Shown here: positions 16,644 through 25,988 of the stretch, piece by piece | Layout of the letters: every line of letters begins with the position of its first letter | Numbering within the stretch: position 1 is the stretch's first letter | DNA from: an uncultured Gammaproteobacteria bacterium | GTDB lineage: Bacteria > Patescibacteriota > Patescibacteriia > UBA9934 > GWF2-40-263 | Assembly: GCA_964399675.1 (NCBI GenBank) | Contig: CAYNRK010000005.1 | Span: 766-64,765 of the forward strand | Length of the DNA stretch: 64,000 nucleotides | Reading direction: 5' to 3' | Made by a program: the position numbers and the translations under genes | Notes under the pieces: model-generated | Told to the model about the DNA's origin: nothing | Seen by the model: the letters and a program-made list of their open reading frames with translations, nothing else | Database searches by the model: none

Positions 16644-18091
16644 CAAGATCGTTTTCAAAAAGTATAAGACTTGCAATGATCGCAATGACGATCATGCTTG
16701 GTTTTTCATTTGCCTCACCAGCAAACGCACAAGCAACTCCTCCAGAGCCTTGCACTTGTTTTTGTAAAACAAAAGAAGATGGTGCAGTAGCAGAAAAAAC
16801 CAAAATGATTCCATCTGTATGTAGTTCTGCTTGCAATGATAAGAAAACAGGGAAAATTGGAGTCGCAGTGTGTGCTTACAGTTTTTCTGAATACCCAAGT
16901 CGCAGATTGAGTTGTTTTACAGAAGATGAATGTATTGGAAAAAATTATAAAGGTCTTTGGGATGCAAAATATAAACCACCAGAATGTCCGAAAAGCATGC
17001 GTTATTGTTATCCAGATCCTGCCAAGGGGAAGAAGACAAAACTTAATGTAGCGATCGGAGATTTGGAAATCACAGCTGACATTGGTGAGTATATGAGCCA
17101 GATGTATCGATTTTTATTAGGTGCAGGAATTGCCATTGCCATTGTTCTTACAATGGTAGGTGGCCTTCAATATGTTTTAGCTGCCGGTTCCGGACAAGTT
17201 ACAAGTGCAAAAAAACGTATTACAAATTCAATTACAGGACTTGTATTGTTGGTGTTTGCTTACACAATTCTCTACACTATTAATCCAAATCTTGTAACAC
17301 TTAAGGTTCCAAGTTTTCCAATTATTAAAACTGTGATATTGGCGGCAGAGAATTCTTGTGAGCAAATGATAAAAGATGGATTTGTTATTGAGCGTGAAGA
17401 CAACGGACAGAAACTTAGAGCATCATTTAAAGGCGTTGTTAAATGTGGGGTCATGGGCAAGGTTATTTCAGATGCAGCAGGTCAACAGGTTTCAGAAGGT
17501 GCGACTTGTCAGTTTGTTGGCTGTCCAAAAGATAAAAAATGTCTTGGTATTGGTAAAAATGCGATTTGTGGAGCCTGCACTGACGTATATCCTGATGCAG
17601 TAGAAAAAACCGGTGTTAAACCAAGTGAGTCGGTCTGTCAAGGATTAAAAAAGGACAATGTTGTCAAAGCGGGTGTAACAACAGAATGGAATTATTGTTG
17701 GCATTCACGAGATTTGGATTTACTTTTTGATAATTTTGATAAAGCCGGATATGCTGTTGGGGCTGGTACGGGCCCCCTTGGTGTTGCACTTGCTGCAAAA
17801 GTTGCAACAAACGATCTTCAATATGGAATTTGTTCTGAATTAAAAATAGATTGTTCGGAAATTACCAATTGTAAAAAATATGAAGACCTTAAAGTTAAGA
17901 CGTATCAATTAACAGAGGATTTGGATGATGTGCGAAGTAGCGACTGGGGTGCTGGAAATGTTAACTTAACCACGATTTGTGAATCTGATCCATGTGGGGT
18001 TGGAAAAGCGAAACCAGGAAAGGCAGCAGATCCGTGTCAGGTTGGTCTAGATGCTGAAGCAAATGATTGCGATCATGCATCAAATTGGTAG
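16640..18091 (+). CDS. Cysteine-rich secreted/membrane protein with a TrbC/VirB2-like double-TM pilin core
   Basis: Signal peptide (..SFASPANAQA), about 34 Cys in the extracellular regions, and a central pilin-like segment GEYMSQMYRFLLGAGIAIAIVLTMVGGLQYVLAAGSGQVTSAKKRITNSITGLVLLVFAYTILYTINPNL. Confidence 0.5.
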   Translation: MTRSFSKSIRLAMIAMTIMLGFSFASPANAQATPPEPCTCFCKTKEDGAVAEKTKMIPSVCSSACNDKKTGKIGVAVCAYSFSEYPSRRLSCFTEDECIGKNYKGLWDAKYKPPECPKSMRYCYPDPAKGKKTKLNVAIGDLEITADIGEYMSQMYRFLLGAGIAIAIVLTMVGGLQYVLAAGSGQVTSAKKRITNSITGLVLLVFAYTILYTINPNLVTLKVPSFPIIKTVILAAENSCEQMIKDGFVIEREDNGQKLRASFKGVVKCGVMGKVISDAAGQQVSEGATCQFVGCPKDKKCLGIGKNAICGACTDVYPDAVEKTGVKPSESVCQGLKKDNVVKAGVTTEWNYCWHSRDLDLLFDNFDKAGYAVGAGTGPLGVALAAKVATNDLQYGICSELKIDCSEITNCKKYEDLKVKTYQLTEDLDDVRSSDWGAGNVNLTTICESDPCGVGKAKPGKAADPCQVGLDAEANDCDHASNW

Positions 18092-18104
18092 ATCAGTTTT
18101 AATT

Positions 18105-18148
18105 ACAAAAAAACAGGCAAGAGGTGAGTCTCTTGCCTGTTTTTATTT
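18105..18148 (+). terminator. Rho-independent terminator
   Basis: acaggcaagag-gtga-gtctcttgcctgt followed by ttttatttt. Confidence 0.6.
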
Positions 18149-18185
18149 TATGTGATAGAGTGCCGGCCAGTGTTTATTTTAGAAA

Positions 18186-18300
18186 ATAGTTAATGGTTGA
18201 CAGAAAATGGTAATGGAAAATTGAAAATAGAAATTAGATTAACCAATTTCCAATAACCAATTTCCATTACTACTTTCCATTAACCAACAACCAATTTCCA
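18186..18300. promoter_or_regulatory. uvrA upstream region with repeated CCAATTTCCA motifs and a TTGACA box
   Basis: ttgacagaaaatggtaatggaaaattg ... accaatttccaataaccaatttccattactactttccattaaccaacaaccaatttccagc. There are at least three direct copies of ccaatttcca plus an inverted tggaaaattg. Candidate operator sites (SOS-type regulation is inference). Confidence 0.3.
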
Positions 18301-18308
18301 GCACTTCT

Positions 18309-21149
18309 ATGTCCGACTATATTTCCGTACGCGGAGCTCGCGTTCACAATTTGAAAAACATTGACGTCAACATTCCGAAGAACAAGTTGGTGGTAGTTAC
18401 CGGGCTTTCCGGTTCTGGAAAATCTTCGATTGCTTTTGACACTGTGTATGCTGAAGGGCAGCGTAGATACATGGAGTCGCTTTCCAGTTACGCACGTCAA
18501 TTTCTTGAGCTCCAAGACAAACCAGATGTAGATGAAATTTTAGGTCTTTCTCCAACCATTGCCATTGATCAAAAAAGCTCTTCGCACAATCCACGTTCAA
18601 CCGTTGGAACTGTGACTGAGATTTATGATTTTTTGCGCGTGTTGTTTGCGCGCGCCGGTCGTCCGCATTGTCCAAAATGTGGCACACTTGTTAAAGAACA
18701 AACTCTTGATCAGATTGTAGACAAGGTCGCTGATATGATCGGCAATGATCCTATCAATTTATTTGCACCGGTTGTGCAACAGCTTAAAGGCGAGCACAAG
18801 CACGTGCTCAAAGCAGCAACAAACACTGGCTTCACAAGAGTTCGTTTTGATGGATTTTTAATGGATATTGATGAAGCGGTTTCAATGCGCAAGGACAAAA
18901 AGAAACCTCATGATGTTGATGTTCTTATCTTTACTTTTGATCCGGAGATTGAGTATTCAAAAGACCATATAAAGCAACTTGCAAAAAAAGCTCTTGATTA
19001 TGGGAATGGTTTCATTACGCTTGTTAATGATGAAAACGGTGATGAAGTTACACTTTCTCAAAGTTTCATGTGTGGAACCTGCTCGCTTAATCTGCCAAAA
19101 CCAGAGCCTAGACTTTTTTCATTTAACTCTCCGTTTGGAGCATGCAAAGAATGTACCGGTCTTGGAGAAAAATTAGTGCTTGAACCAGAGCTTGTAATTC
19201 CAAACAAGCGCCTCACGTTTGCAGAGGGTGCGGTGCGGCCCTGGACAAGAATTGCCGGGAATCAGACAAGCTACATTCGCATGCTTGAGATGGTTGGCAA
19301 GAAACATCGTGTTTCAATGAACACACCAATAGAAAAAATTACAAAAAAGAAATTAGATCTTGTTTTATTCGGCACAGGCGAAGATGAATATAAATTTGAT
19401 GGCATCACTGTTACGTTCCCTGGAATTTTGGCACAACTTTCTCAGAAGTATCGCGAGACTGATTCTGAATATGTTCGATCAGAACTTGAAGGATACATGC
19501 GTAGAATGATATGTCCGTCATGTGAAGGAAAAAGACTTAGCCCTGAAGTTCTTGCTGTAACAATTGGCGACAAATCAATTGCTGATGTTGTAAACATGCC
19601 AATCGAAGATGTTGTTGCATTATTTTCAGATCTTACTAAAAACGGAAGAAGTAAAGACGAGCTCACAGAAGAGGAGCAAATGGTTGTTGATCGTGTTTCA
19701 AAAGAAGTGCAAGCACGTTTGTCTCAATTAACTGATGTTGGGCTTGGGTATTTGACCCTTAATCGTTCTGCAATGACATTGTCCGGCGGAGAAGCTCAAC
19801 GTGTTCGGCTTGCCACACAACTTGGATCACAACTTTCCGGTGTGATTTATATTTTAGACGAGCCATCAATTGGTCTTCATCCACGCGACAACGATCGATT
19901 GATTTCAACCATTCAAAAATTAAAAGCTTTTGGAAATTCAGTAATTGTTGTTGAGCATGATGCTGCAATGATTGAAGCCGCTGATTATGTTTTTGATGTT
20001 GGGCCTGGTGCTGGTGAATACGGCGGTGAAGTTGTTGCAGAGGGTACGGCAGCTCAGATTAAAAAGAAACCAGATTCGCTTACGGGTCAGTACATGTCAG
20101 GAAAGAAATCAATTCCACTTCCAAAAAAGTATCGAAAGGGAAATGGAAAGAATTTGGTTATTCAAGGCGCAACTGCTTTTAATCTAAAAAACATTGAAGC
20201 AGAGATTCCGCTTGGAAAGCTTGTGTGTGTGACAGGTGTTTCAGGTTCTGGAAAATCAACACTCATTCTTGATATTTTAGGCAAGGCACTTTCCAGAAAG
20301 TTTTATCGAGCAAAAGTTTATCCAGGTGATCACAAAGCAATTAAAGGAATCGAACACATTGATAAAGTTGTGGCTGTTGATCAGTCTCCGATTGGACGAA
20401 CACCTCGATCTAATCCTGCAACATACACCGGTGTGTTCACAGCGATTCGTGATCTTTATACAAACGTTCCGGAAGCCAAGATGCGCAACTTTGACGCAGG
20501 GAAGTTTAGTTTTAATGTAAAAGGTGGTGGGCGCTGTGAGCCGTGTTCCGGAGATGGTATGCGTCGTATTGAAATGCAATTTTTGCCGGATGTTTATATT
20601 GAATGTTCAGAGTGCAGGGGAACTCGTTACAACACAGAAGTTTTGGAAATCCATTACAAACAAAAAAACATAGCGGATGTTCTTTCTATGACAGTTGAGG
20701 AAGCACGGCGCTTTTTTGCTGATCAGTCTGCTATTTTTGACAAGCTTAATATTTTGCATGAAGTGGGACTTGGCTACATTAAGCTTGGTCAACCTGCTAC
20801 CACGCTTTCAGGTGGAGAGGCACAGCGCGTAAAGCTTGCAACAGAACTTTCACGCCGCGCAACCGGGCGTACTCTTTATGTTTTGGATGAACCAACAACA
20901 GGACTTCACTTTGAAGATATTAAGCGGCTGCTTGGCGTTTTGCATCAGCTTGTTGATAAGGGAAATACTGTTGTAATCATTGAGCACAATATGGACGTGA
21001 TAAAAGGCGCGGATTGGATTATTGATATGGGTCCAGAGGGCGGTATTAAGGGTGGGGAAATAGTGGCGATTGGCACACCAAAGGAAATTGTTAAAGTAAA
21101 AGAAAGTTTGACCGGAAAGTATTTAAAAAATTCTCTGAAATCAAAGTAA
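18309..21149 (+). CDS. uvrA: Excinuclease ABC subunit A
   Basis: 946 aa. Two ABC ATPase modules (GLSGSGKSS and GVSGSGKST Walker A; LSGGEAQR signatures) and zinc-finger Cys clusters ([24 protein letters not shown]). Confidence 0.95.
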   Translation: MSDYISVRGARVHNLKNIDVNIPKNKLVVVTGLSGSGKSSIAFDTVYAEGQRRYMESLSSYARQFLELQDKPDVDEILGLSPTIAIDQKSSSHNPRSTVGTVTEIYDFLRVLFARAGRPHCPKCGTLVKEQTLDQIVDKVADMIGNDPINLFAPVVQQLKGEHKHVLKAATNTGFTRVRFDGFLMDIDEAVSMRKDKKKPHDVDVLIFTFDPEIEYSKDHIKQLAKKALDYGNGFITLVNDENGDEVTLSQSFMCGTCSLNLPKPEPRLFSFNSPFGACKECTGLGEKLVLEPELVIPNKRLTFAEGAVRPWTRIAGNQTSYIRMLEMVGKKHRVSMNTPIEKITKKKLDLVLFGTGEDEYKFDGITVTFPGILAQLSQKYRETDSEYVRSELEGYMRRMICPSCEGKRLSPEVLAVTIGDKSIADVVNMPIEDVVALFSDLTKNGRSKDELTEEEQMVVDRVSKEVQARLSQLTDVGLGYLTLNRSAMTLSGGEAQRVRLATQLGSQLSGVIYILDEPSIGLHPRDNDRLISTIQKLKAFGNSVIVVEHDAAMIEAADYVFDVGPGAGEYGGEVVAEGTAAQIKKKPDSLTGQYMSGKKSIPLPKKYRKGNGKNLVIQGATAFNLKNIEAEIPLGKLVCVTGVSGSGKSTLILDILGKALSRKFYRAKVYPGDHKAIKGIEHIDKVVAVDQSPIGRTPRSNPATYTGVFTAIRDLYTNVPEAKMRNFDAGKFSFNVKGGGRCEPCSGDGMRRIEMQFLPDVYIECSECRGTRYNTEVLEIHYKQKNIADVLSMTVEEARRFFADQSAIFDKLNILHEVGLGYIKLGQPATTLSGGEAQRVKLATELSRRATGRTLYVLDEPTTGLHFEDIKRLLGVLHQLVDKGNTVVIIEHNMDVIKGADWIIDMGPEGGIKGGEIVAIGTPKEIVKVKESLTGKYLKNSLKSK

Positions 21150-21180
21150 TTTAGCTAAAATTAGTAAAGTTTCCATGAAA

Positions 21181-21206
21181 GCCTGTTGACAAAACAGGCT
21201 TTTTGG
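21181..21206 (+). terminator. uvrA terminator hairpin (contains a TTGACA box)
   Basis: gcctgttgacaaaacaggc followed by tttttgg. The 22-nt core ttgacaaaacaggctttttggt recurs at 24101..24122. Confidence 0.5.
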
Positions 21207-21327
21207 TTTACTTTAGGTCAGTTCATCGGGAGTTAATCTCTTGAAAACCCGCGCACGGCGGTTCCGTGTATTAGCTGGTGTCTAGGCGTTACAAGCGTTA
21301 CATGGGCATCAGACAAGGAGAGTCACA

Positions 21328-22107
21328 ATGAGTGACAAAAGAGTCGTCTCTAACAGAGACGAACTGGCGCTTCGGCGTCAGTGGGATGAGGTTCTTCAGC
21401 AGGTTTTGCGTGACTCTGGCATGTTTGCGCAATTGCGCTACTGCGTGCAGCAAGTTGGCGAGGGTCACAACATTGTCGATCCTGCGCAACTTGGCCAGGC
21501 AAAGCAAAAGCACAACCGCGCTCAGGAACGCCAGCAGGCCATGGAGACGTTCTACCGCGATCTCGGGTTCGACGAGCTCGAGATCCCTGTGCCCACAATG
21601 GACGGCAAGCCAATCTCCAACCGCGAGTTCGGTCGAAGAGCAAAGGCCAACCAAGCGCTTTTTTACCGTCCGGCCACTTCGGACGTCTCCTACGAGGCGT
21701 TCATGCAGGCCGTGGGTCAGGACGAGCACTGGACGGTCGCGGACGAGGACGAGCGTGCAAAGATCGCCTGGGAGCCCACTGAGGAAGGCTACTGGTTCTG
21801 GGCTGAGGTCCAGGACAGCTGCCCACGTACGGGCACGTGTTGGAACGACCTCACTGCCGAGCACACCCTTCTCTGCATTGAGGAGTACGTGATCGTTTGG
21901 CATGCCATGCGCGTGCTCGAGGACACGCTCATCGATCGTTCTACGTGGTCTTGGCTGCGAACACGCTACCAGACCGATTCCGGCTCCGGTGCCCTCTACG
22001 TCTTCGAGTACGATGGCGGGGTGGACGTCTACAGGAGCAGGCCTGAGCACTTGTCGATCGACTACGACTACGTTGGCGGTCGTGTCTCGGAAGTGGTCAA
22101 CCTCTGA
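21328..22107 (+). CDS. DGR target (variable) protein with C-terminal variable repeat
   Basis: 259-aa GC-rich ORF. The last ~42 codons (..DSGSGALYVFEYDGGVDVYRSRPEHLSIDYDYVGGRVSEVVNL) are a diversified copy of the TR at 22470..22595. The VR ends 5 nt before the stop, as is usual for DGR targets. A CLec/FGE-like fold is inference. Confidence 0.8.
   Translation: MSDKRVVSNRDELALRRQWDEVLQQVLRDSGMFAQLRYCVQQVGEGHNIVDPAQLGQAKQKHNRAQERQQAMETFYRDLGFDELEIPVPTMDGKPISNREFGRRAKANQALFYRPATSDVSYEAFMQAVGQDEHWTVADEDERAKIAWEPTEEGYWFWAEVQDSCPRTGTCWNDLTAEHTLLCIEEYVIVWHAMRVLEDTLIDRSTWSWLRTRYQTDSGSGALYVFEYDGGVDVYRSRPEHLSIDYDYVGGRVSEVVNL
21977..22102 (+). repeat. DGR variable repeat (VR)
   Basis: 126 nt aligned to the TR with 15 mismatches. 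14 of them are at TR adenines (VR has T, TT, G, G, G, T, G, C, T, TT, G ...); one is at a TR thymine. Confidence 0.85.
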
Positions 22108-22469
22108 GTCTTGTGACTTGAGAGCCTGGGTCTCCTGTTCACCTGTCTCTTGTTCCCCAACGTCGAGCTGCGCTCGACGTTGGGGGATTTTCAATTAAGC
22201 TCAATTTTTGAGATAATCATCTTGATGAAGGTTCGTAGATTCAAGTTTTCTGAATTTGGATTACCAACATCCTCTGGTTATTGATGAGAGTCTATGCTTA
22301 ATAAGCAAAGAGAGGTCAATAACTAGCAGAAATAAAGTTGACCACTTCGTGCTGTTTTTAGTGTGGATAGCCATAACTGGCTTGCCACTGCAGTCTCCTC
22401 CGAAGCTCGGAGTACAGAAGGTGACCTGCGGGTTTCCTTTGGTGATTACGGATGGGAACAGCACAATGC

Positions 22470-22595
22470 AATCCGGCTCCGGTGCCCTCAACGTCAACGA
22501 GTACAATGGCAGGGTGAACGTCAACAGGAACAGGCCTGAGAACTTGTCGATCGACTACGACAACGAAGGCGGTCGTGTCTCGGTAGTAGTCAACC
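22470..22595 (+). repeat. DGR template repeat (TR)
   Basis: Non-mutated, A-rich cognate of the VR; in frame it is full of AAC/AAT codons (..ALNVNEYNGRVNVNRNRPENLSIDYDNEGGRVSVVVN). 363 nt downstream of the target stop, upstream of avd/RT. Confidence 0.85.
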
Positions 22596-22601
22596 AAACA
22601 G

Positions 22602-22626
22602 AAAACGTCCCTTTGTGGGACGTTTT
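22602..22626. other. Perfect 10-bp stem-loop immediately 3' of the TR
   Basis: aaaacgtccc-tttgt-gggacgtttt. It could be the structured RNA element flanking the TR (used for priming in characterised DGRs) and/or the terminator of the convergent avd gene. Confidence 0.45.
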
Positions 22627-22628
22627 CG

Positions 22629-23042
22629 CTATGGGTCAAGGCCGAGTTTTTTTCTTGTATTCTTTCGCCAACTTCCTAGCATCTTTCCAATTTTTTGCAA
22701 ACGTTCTTGTCGATATGTGTATCCTTGAAGCTTATAAATACCAAGGTCATGGATAAGTCTAATGAAAATTTTCATCAAGTCCAATTTTCTTTGGGTTTTA
22801 TCAAGCAAGATTATTCTTTCTGGTAATGAAAGATTATTTGCTTCCCACACAGATTCGATGATATAGAGTGTGTTGTTTTTCAGTTTTTCACCAATGGCAT
22901 ATCGTTCTGTTTTAGGATATCGACTCACATCCATGTGTAATAGTTTGTACCATTCATAGAGTTTATGTATCAATCCGAACTCTTCACCAACAAATCCTGT
23001 GAGCCATTTATCAAGTCCCGTGAGGGGGGGCTTAATTGTCAT
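22629..23042 (-). CDS. avd: Accessory variability determinant (Avd)-like four-helix-bundle protein
   Basis: 137-aa basic protein with the Avd / 23S-rRNA-IVS-protein family signature ..RYPKTERYAIGEKLKNNTLYIIESVWEAN.. (PK-E-R-Y-x-[IL]-x-x-[KQ]-L pattern). Sits between the TR and the RT on the opposite strand. Confidence 0.6.
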   Translation of the reverse strand: MTIKPPLTGLDKWLTGFVGEEFGLIHKLYEWYKLLHMDVSRYPKTERYAIGEKLKNNTLYIIESVWEANNLSLPERIILLDKTQRKLDLMKIFIRLIHDLGIYKLQGYTYRQERLQKIGKMLGSWRKNTRKKLGLDP

Positions 23043-24068
23043 AGTTTATTTGATAATTGCATATCGTTTGAAAATTTATATCTTGCTTGGGAAGATTTTC
23101 GGAAAGGTAAGATGTTTAAAGCAGATATTCTTGCGTTTTCCATGCATCTTGAAGATGAATTATTTTGTCTTCATCAAGAGCTTTCGACAGGCACATATCA
23201 ACATGGAACTTACAAACAGTTTTATGTTCATGACCCAAAGCGACGATTAATTAGCAAAGCAAGCGTGCGGGATCGGGTGGTTCATCAGGCGATTGTAGAT
23301 ACGATCGGTCATCATTTTGAGAAGAGCTTTATTCATGATACTTATTCTTCTTTGGTTGGAAAAGGTGTTCATCCGGCTGTGAATCGTCTTGATAAATTTT
23401 TAAGGCAAGCCTCAAGTAATGGTCAACATATCGTCTATGCACTCAAATGTGACATTAGTAAGTACTTTGACTCGATCAGACACGACATCCTTCTCTCATT
23501 TATAAGAGATCGTATCGAAGATGAAAAGATGCATGCTCTTATTGAAATCATCGTTCATAGTTTTTCGTCAGACAAACAAAAAATACGTGGGTTACCTCTT
23601 GGAAATACTACAAGTCAATTGTTTGCCAATGTTTATCTTGATCGATTTGATCATTGGATAAAGGAACGCTTGCGCGTGCGGTGGCACGTTAGATTCTGTG
23701 ACGACTTTGTTATTTTACATGAAGACAAAGAATTACTTAACCGACTGTTAGAACCAATTCAACAATATCTTACTCGAGAATTGGATTTACAACTACATCC
23801 AAACAAAATTGTTATCAGAAAATATTCGCAGGGGATTGATTTTTTAGGTCAGATTTTGCGACCTTATTGTCGGACAATGCGCAAGAAAACAAAGAAACGA
23901 GCTATTAGAAATACACATACACGGGTTTTGGAGTACAAAAAGGGTGAAATTACAGACGGGGAATTTCGGTCATCGATTCAGTCGTATGTTGGGTTACTCA
24001 AACACGTTTCAGAGAGAAAGCTATACTATTTAATCAAGGAAATTTGTTTAGTTTTAGTTAAAAAATAG
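22965..24068 (+). CDS. DGR reverse transcriptase
   Basis: RT motifs: ISKASVRDRVVHQAI (motif 1), ALKCDISKYFDSIRH (motif 2), GLPLGNTTSQLF (the [ILV]GxxxSQ motif-4 signature that distinguishes DGR RTs from the group II QGxxxSP), RFCDDFVIL (catalytic DD), GIDFLGQ. The true start may be the GTG at 23021; the 5' end overlaps the divergent avd start. Confidence 0.9.
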   Translation: MYQSELFTNKSCEPFIKSREGGLNCHSLFDNCISFENLYLAWEDFRKGKMFKADILAFSMHLEDELFCLHQELSTGTYQHGTYKQFYVHDPKRRLISKASVRDRVVHQAIVDTIGHHFEKSFIHDTYSSLVGKGVHPAVNRLDKFLRQASSNGQHIVYALKCDISKYFDSIRHDILLSFIRDRIEDEKMHALIEIIVHSFSSDKQKIRGLPLGNTTSQLFANVYLDRFDHWIKERLRVRWHVRFCDDFVILHEDKELLNRLLEPIQQYLTRELDLQLHPNKIVIRKYSQGIDFLGQILRPYCRTMRKKTKKRAIRNTHTRVLEYKKGEITDGEFRSSIQSYVGLLKHVSERKLYYLIKEICLVLVKK

Positions 24069-24100
24069 ATGTTTTACTGCCTGCAAGTTCGATTCTTGCA

Positions 24101-24122
24101 TTGACAAAACAGGCTTTTTGGT
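24101..24122 (+). repeat. Second copy of the 22-nt ttgacaaaacaggctttttggt (direct repeat flanking the DGR; promoter-like TTGACA-17-TATATT)
   Basis: Identical 22-mer to 21186..21207. Here it is followed by gtatattg, giving TTGACA-17nt-TATATT upstream of 24222..25934. Confidence 0.5.
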
Positions 24123-24221
24123 GTATATTGTTGCGTTATCTACTATTGAAAAAAATGGATAGATATGTATAGATAAGCAGGAACAAGCTTTATCAACTCA
24201 CATCCATCATCAATAAAAATT

Positions 24222-25934
24222 ATGCTTAAGAAATCAATTACTATTCTCGCGGTCCTTGCGATCGCTGTGAGCCCACTCCTTCCATCAGCCCAGGCGGACG
24301 ATGGTTCTTGGCATTCTGTGATTGCAGAGTCAAGTTGGGATTACGATTTTTATCGGGTTCAACAGGTTGCTTTTGATAAGAATGTCAGTGACCTGCACGA
24401 GCTTGGAGATGCTGTGTTTGTAACACAAACGTCTGAGTTGTGTGAGTACGAAGATTTGTGTAACCAAGTGGACGTAACAGTTTTCAAAGACGGTTCGTCT
24501 CGAACAATCAGTGGTGTAGACAATCGTATTACTTCACCGTTTTGGCACTTAGCTCAAGATGATCACTTTGTTTATTTTATCCCATCAGAAGGCGAGGATA
24601 AGTGGCTAACAGTTTTTGAATACGATTCGGTTCTTGGAACAATAAACGAACTTACAGAACTCGAGCGTGAAGAAAAGGAACTCAAGTTCATGACTCTTGC
24701 TACAGACAGTAATCGAGTTTATACATCGATTATTCGTGAAGAGCCTGAGTCACATGAAGTAGAAACGATGCTTTCTGTTAATGACTTTGAAAATGGTTTT
24801 GAGCGAGATGATTTCACTTCAACTCTAACTGCTCCATGGCAGGAGATTGTTGATGTGCGTGAAAACGTTGCGCTTGTGAAGTTTCAGTTTGAAGGTGGGT
24901 TTAAGCAACTTTGGTTGGTTGATCAAACCAATCGTCAGATGGATTCAATTCCGAAAACCTGGACAGAACCCCATGCTGATCTTATTGCCCCACACTTTCG
25001 TTCAGATGGAACAGTGAGTTACTTCCAAAACTTTCGACGATATACATATGATCCATCAGTAGAGAATGCACAGCCAATTGAACACGGCGGCGCATACCTA
25101 AACTGGTTGGAAGATCCTGCTGATGTAATTCAGGTTAGCGGTGATCGGGTTGCTTGGGTTGACGACACCAACATGCTTTATGTAAGTGATGTAAATGGTG
25201 TGAGTAAATTCGGAATTGCTCTTAACGGTTTGTTTGCTCTTGGAAATGATAATATCTATTTTCAGAGTGTAGACGGCTATATGGGATACAGTTTTTCTAC
25301 AGGTACATGGGTTAAACGAGCTTTCCACGTAACAGATACTTATGAGGATATTGTTGTCGGTATTGATGAAAATCAAAATATTTGGTACGAAAACACCACA
25401 AGTGGATACATGCTCAATATGGGGTATGGATCTGAGCCACTTCTTTCTGACCGCGAACATGCGTATTGGAAAGGTGTGGATGGAAAGGTGTATCAGGTAA
25501 GTTTCTCAGGTCTTCTTGATGTGCAGATGCCAGAGGTTCAAGCCTATAGTTCTTATAACAGCGACAAGATTTATCTTATTTCAGAAAATAAGATTTCACA
25601 TGTTCCAAACCCTGATGTTTATTTCAGCTACTTTGACTCATATTCACAGGTAAAGAATGTGACAAGTGCAACTTTGGATGTGTATAAGGATTTGTATCAA
25701 GATGCCGGTCAGGCCGGGTTTGCAGTAGGAACACGAATCAAAGCAAAAAACAATTCCCGTGTTTACGTTGTTGGAACAGATGGAAAACTTCACTGGATTA
25801 TTTCTGAAACCGTTGCTGATTCAATTTATGGATCAGATTGGAATCAGGGAATCATGGAAGTGAATCCTGAGTATCTGTGGCGATACGCACACGGAACAAA
25901 TATTGCATCCGGAAAAGCAATGAAAACAATTTAA
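24222..25934 (+). CDS. Hypothetical secreted protein
   Basis: 570 aa with a signal peptide (MLKKSITILAVLAIAVSPLLPSAQA). No recognisable catalytic motif; aromatic/Gly-rich segments may be beta-propeller-like. Confidence 0.5.
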   Translation: MLKKSITILAVLAIAVSPLLPSAQADDGSWHSVIAESSWDYDFYRVQQVAFDKNVSDLHELGDAVFVTQTSELCEYEDLCNQVDVTVFKDGSSRTISGVDNRITSPFWHLAQDDHFVYFIPSEGEDKWLTVFEYDSVLGTINELTELEREEKELKFMTLATDSNRVYTSIIREEPESHEVETMLSVNDFENGFERDDFTSTLTAPWQEIVDVRENVALVKFQFEGGFKQLWLVDQTNRQMDSIPKTWTEPHADLIAPHFRSDGTVSYFQNFRRYTYDPSVENAQPIEHGGAYLNWLEDPADVIQVSGDRVAWVDDTNMLYVSDVNGVSKFGIALNGLFALGNDNIYFQSVDGYMGYSFSTGTWVKRAFHVTDTYEDIVVGIDENQNIWYENTTSGYMLNMGYGSEPLLSDREHAYWKGVDGKVYQVSFSGLLDVQMPEVQAYSSYNSDKIYLISENKISHVPNPDVYFSYFDSYSQVKNVTSATLDVYKDLYQDAGQAGFAVGTRIKAKNNSRVYVVGTDGKLHWIISETVADSIYGSDWNQGIMEVNPEYLWRYAHGTNIASGKAMKTI

Positions 25935-25988
25935 ACGATCTTAAAAGATCAAAATCAAAACATGCGACGGTCGTCGCATGTTTTGATT

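Noticed and set aside
21298-22194. 298-aa minus-strand ORF antisense to the DGR target gene
   Set aside because: Lies in a GC-rich segment where long antisense ORFs arise by chance. The plus-strand ORF carries the VR with TR-matching adenine-specific variation, which fixes the coding strand.
22256-22756. 166-aa plus-strand ORF whose product resembles the target C-terminus
   Set aside because: The similarity is the TR itself (a non-mutated template copy of the VR). The ORF has no independent support, and in DGRs the TR is non-coding.
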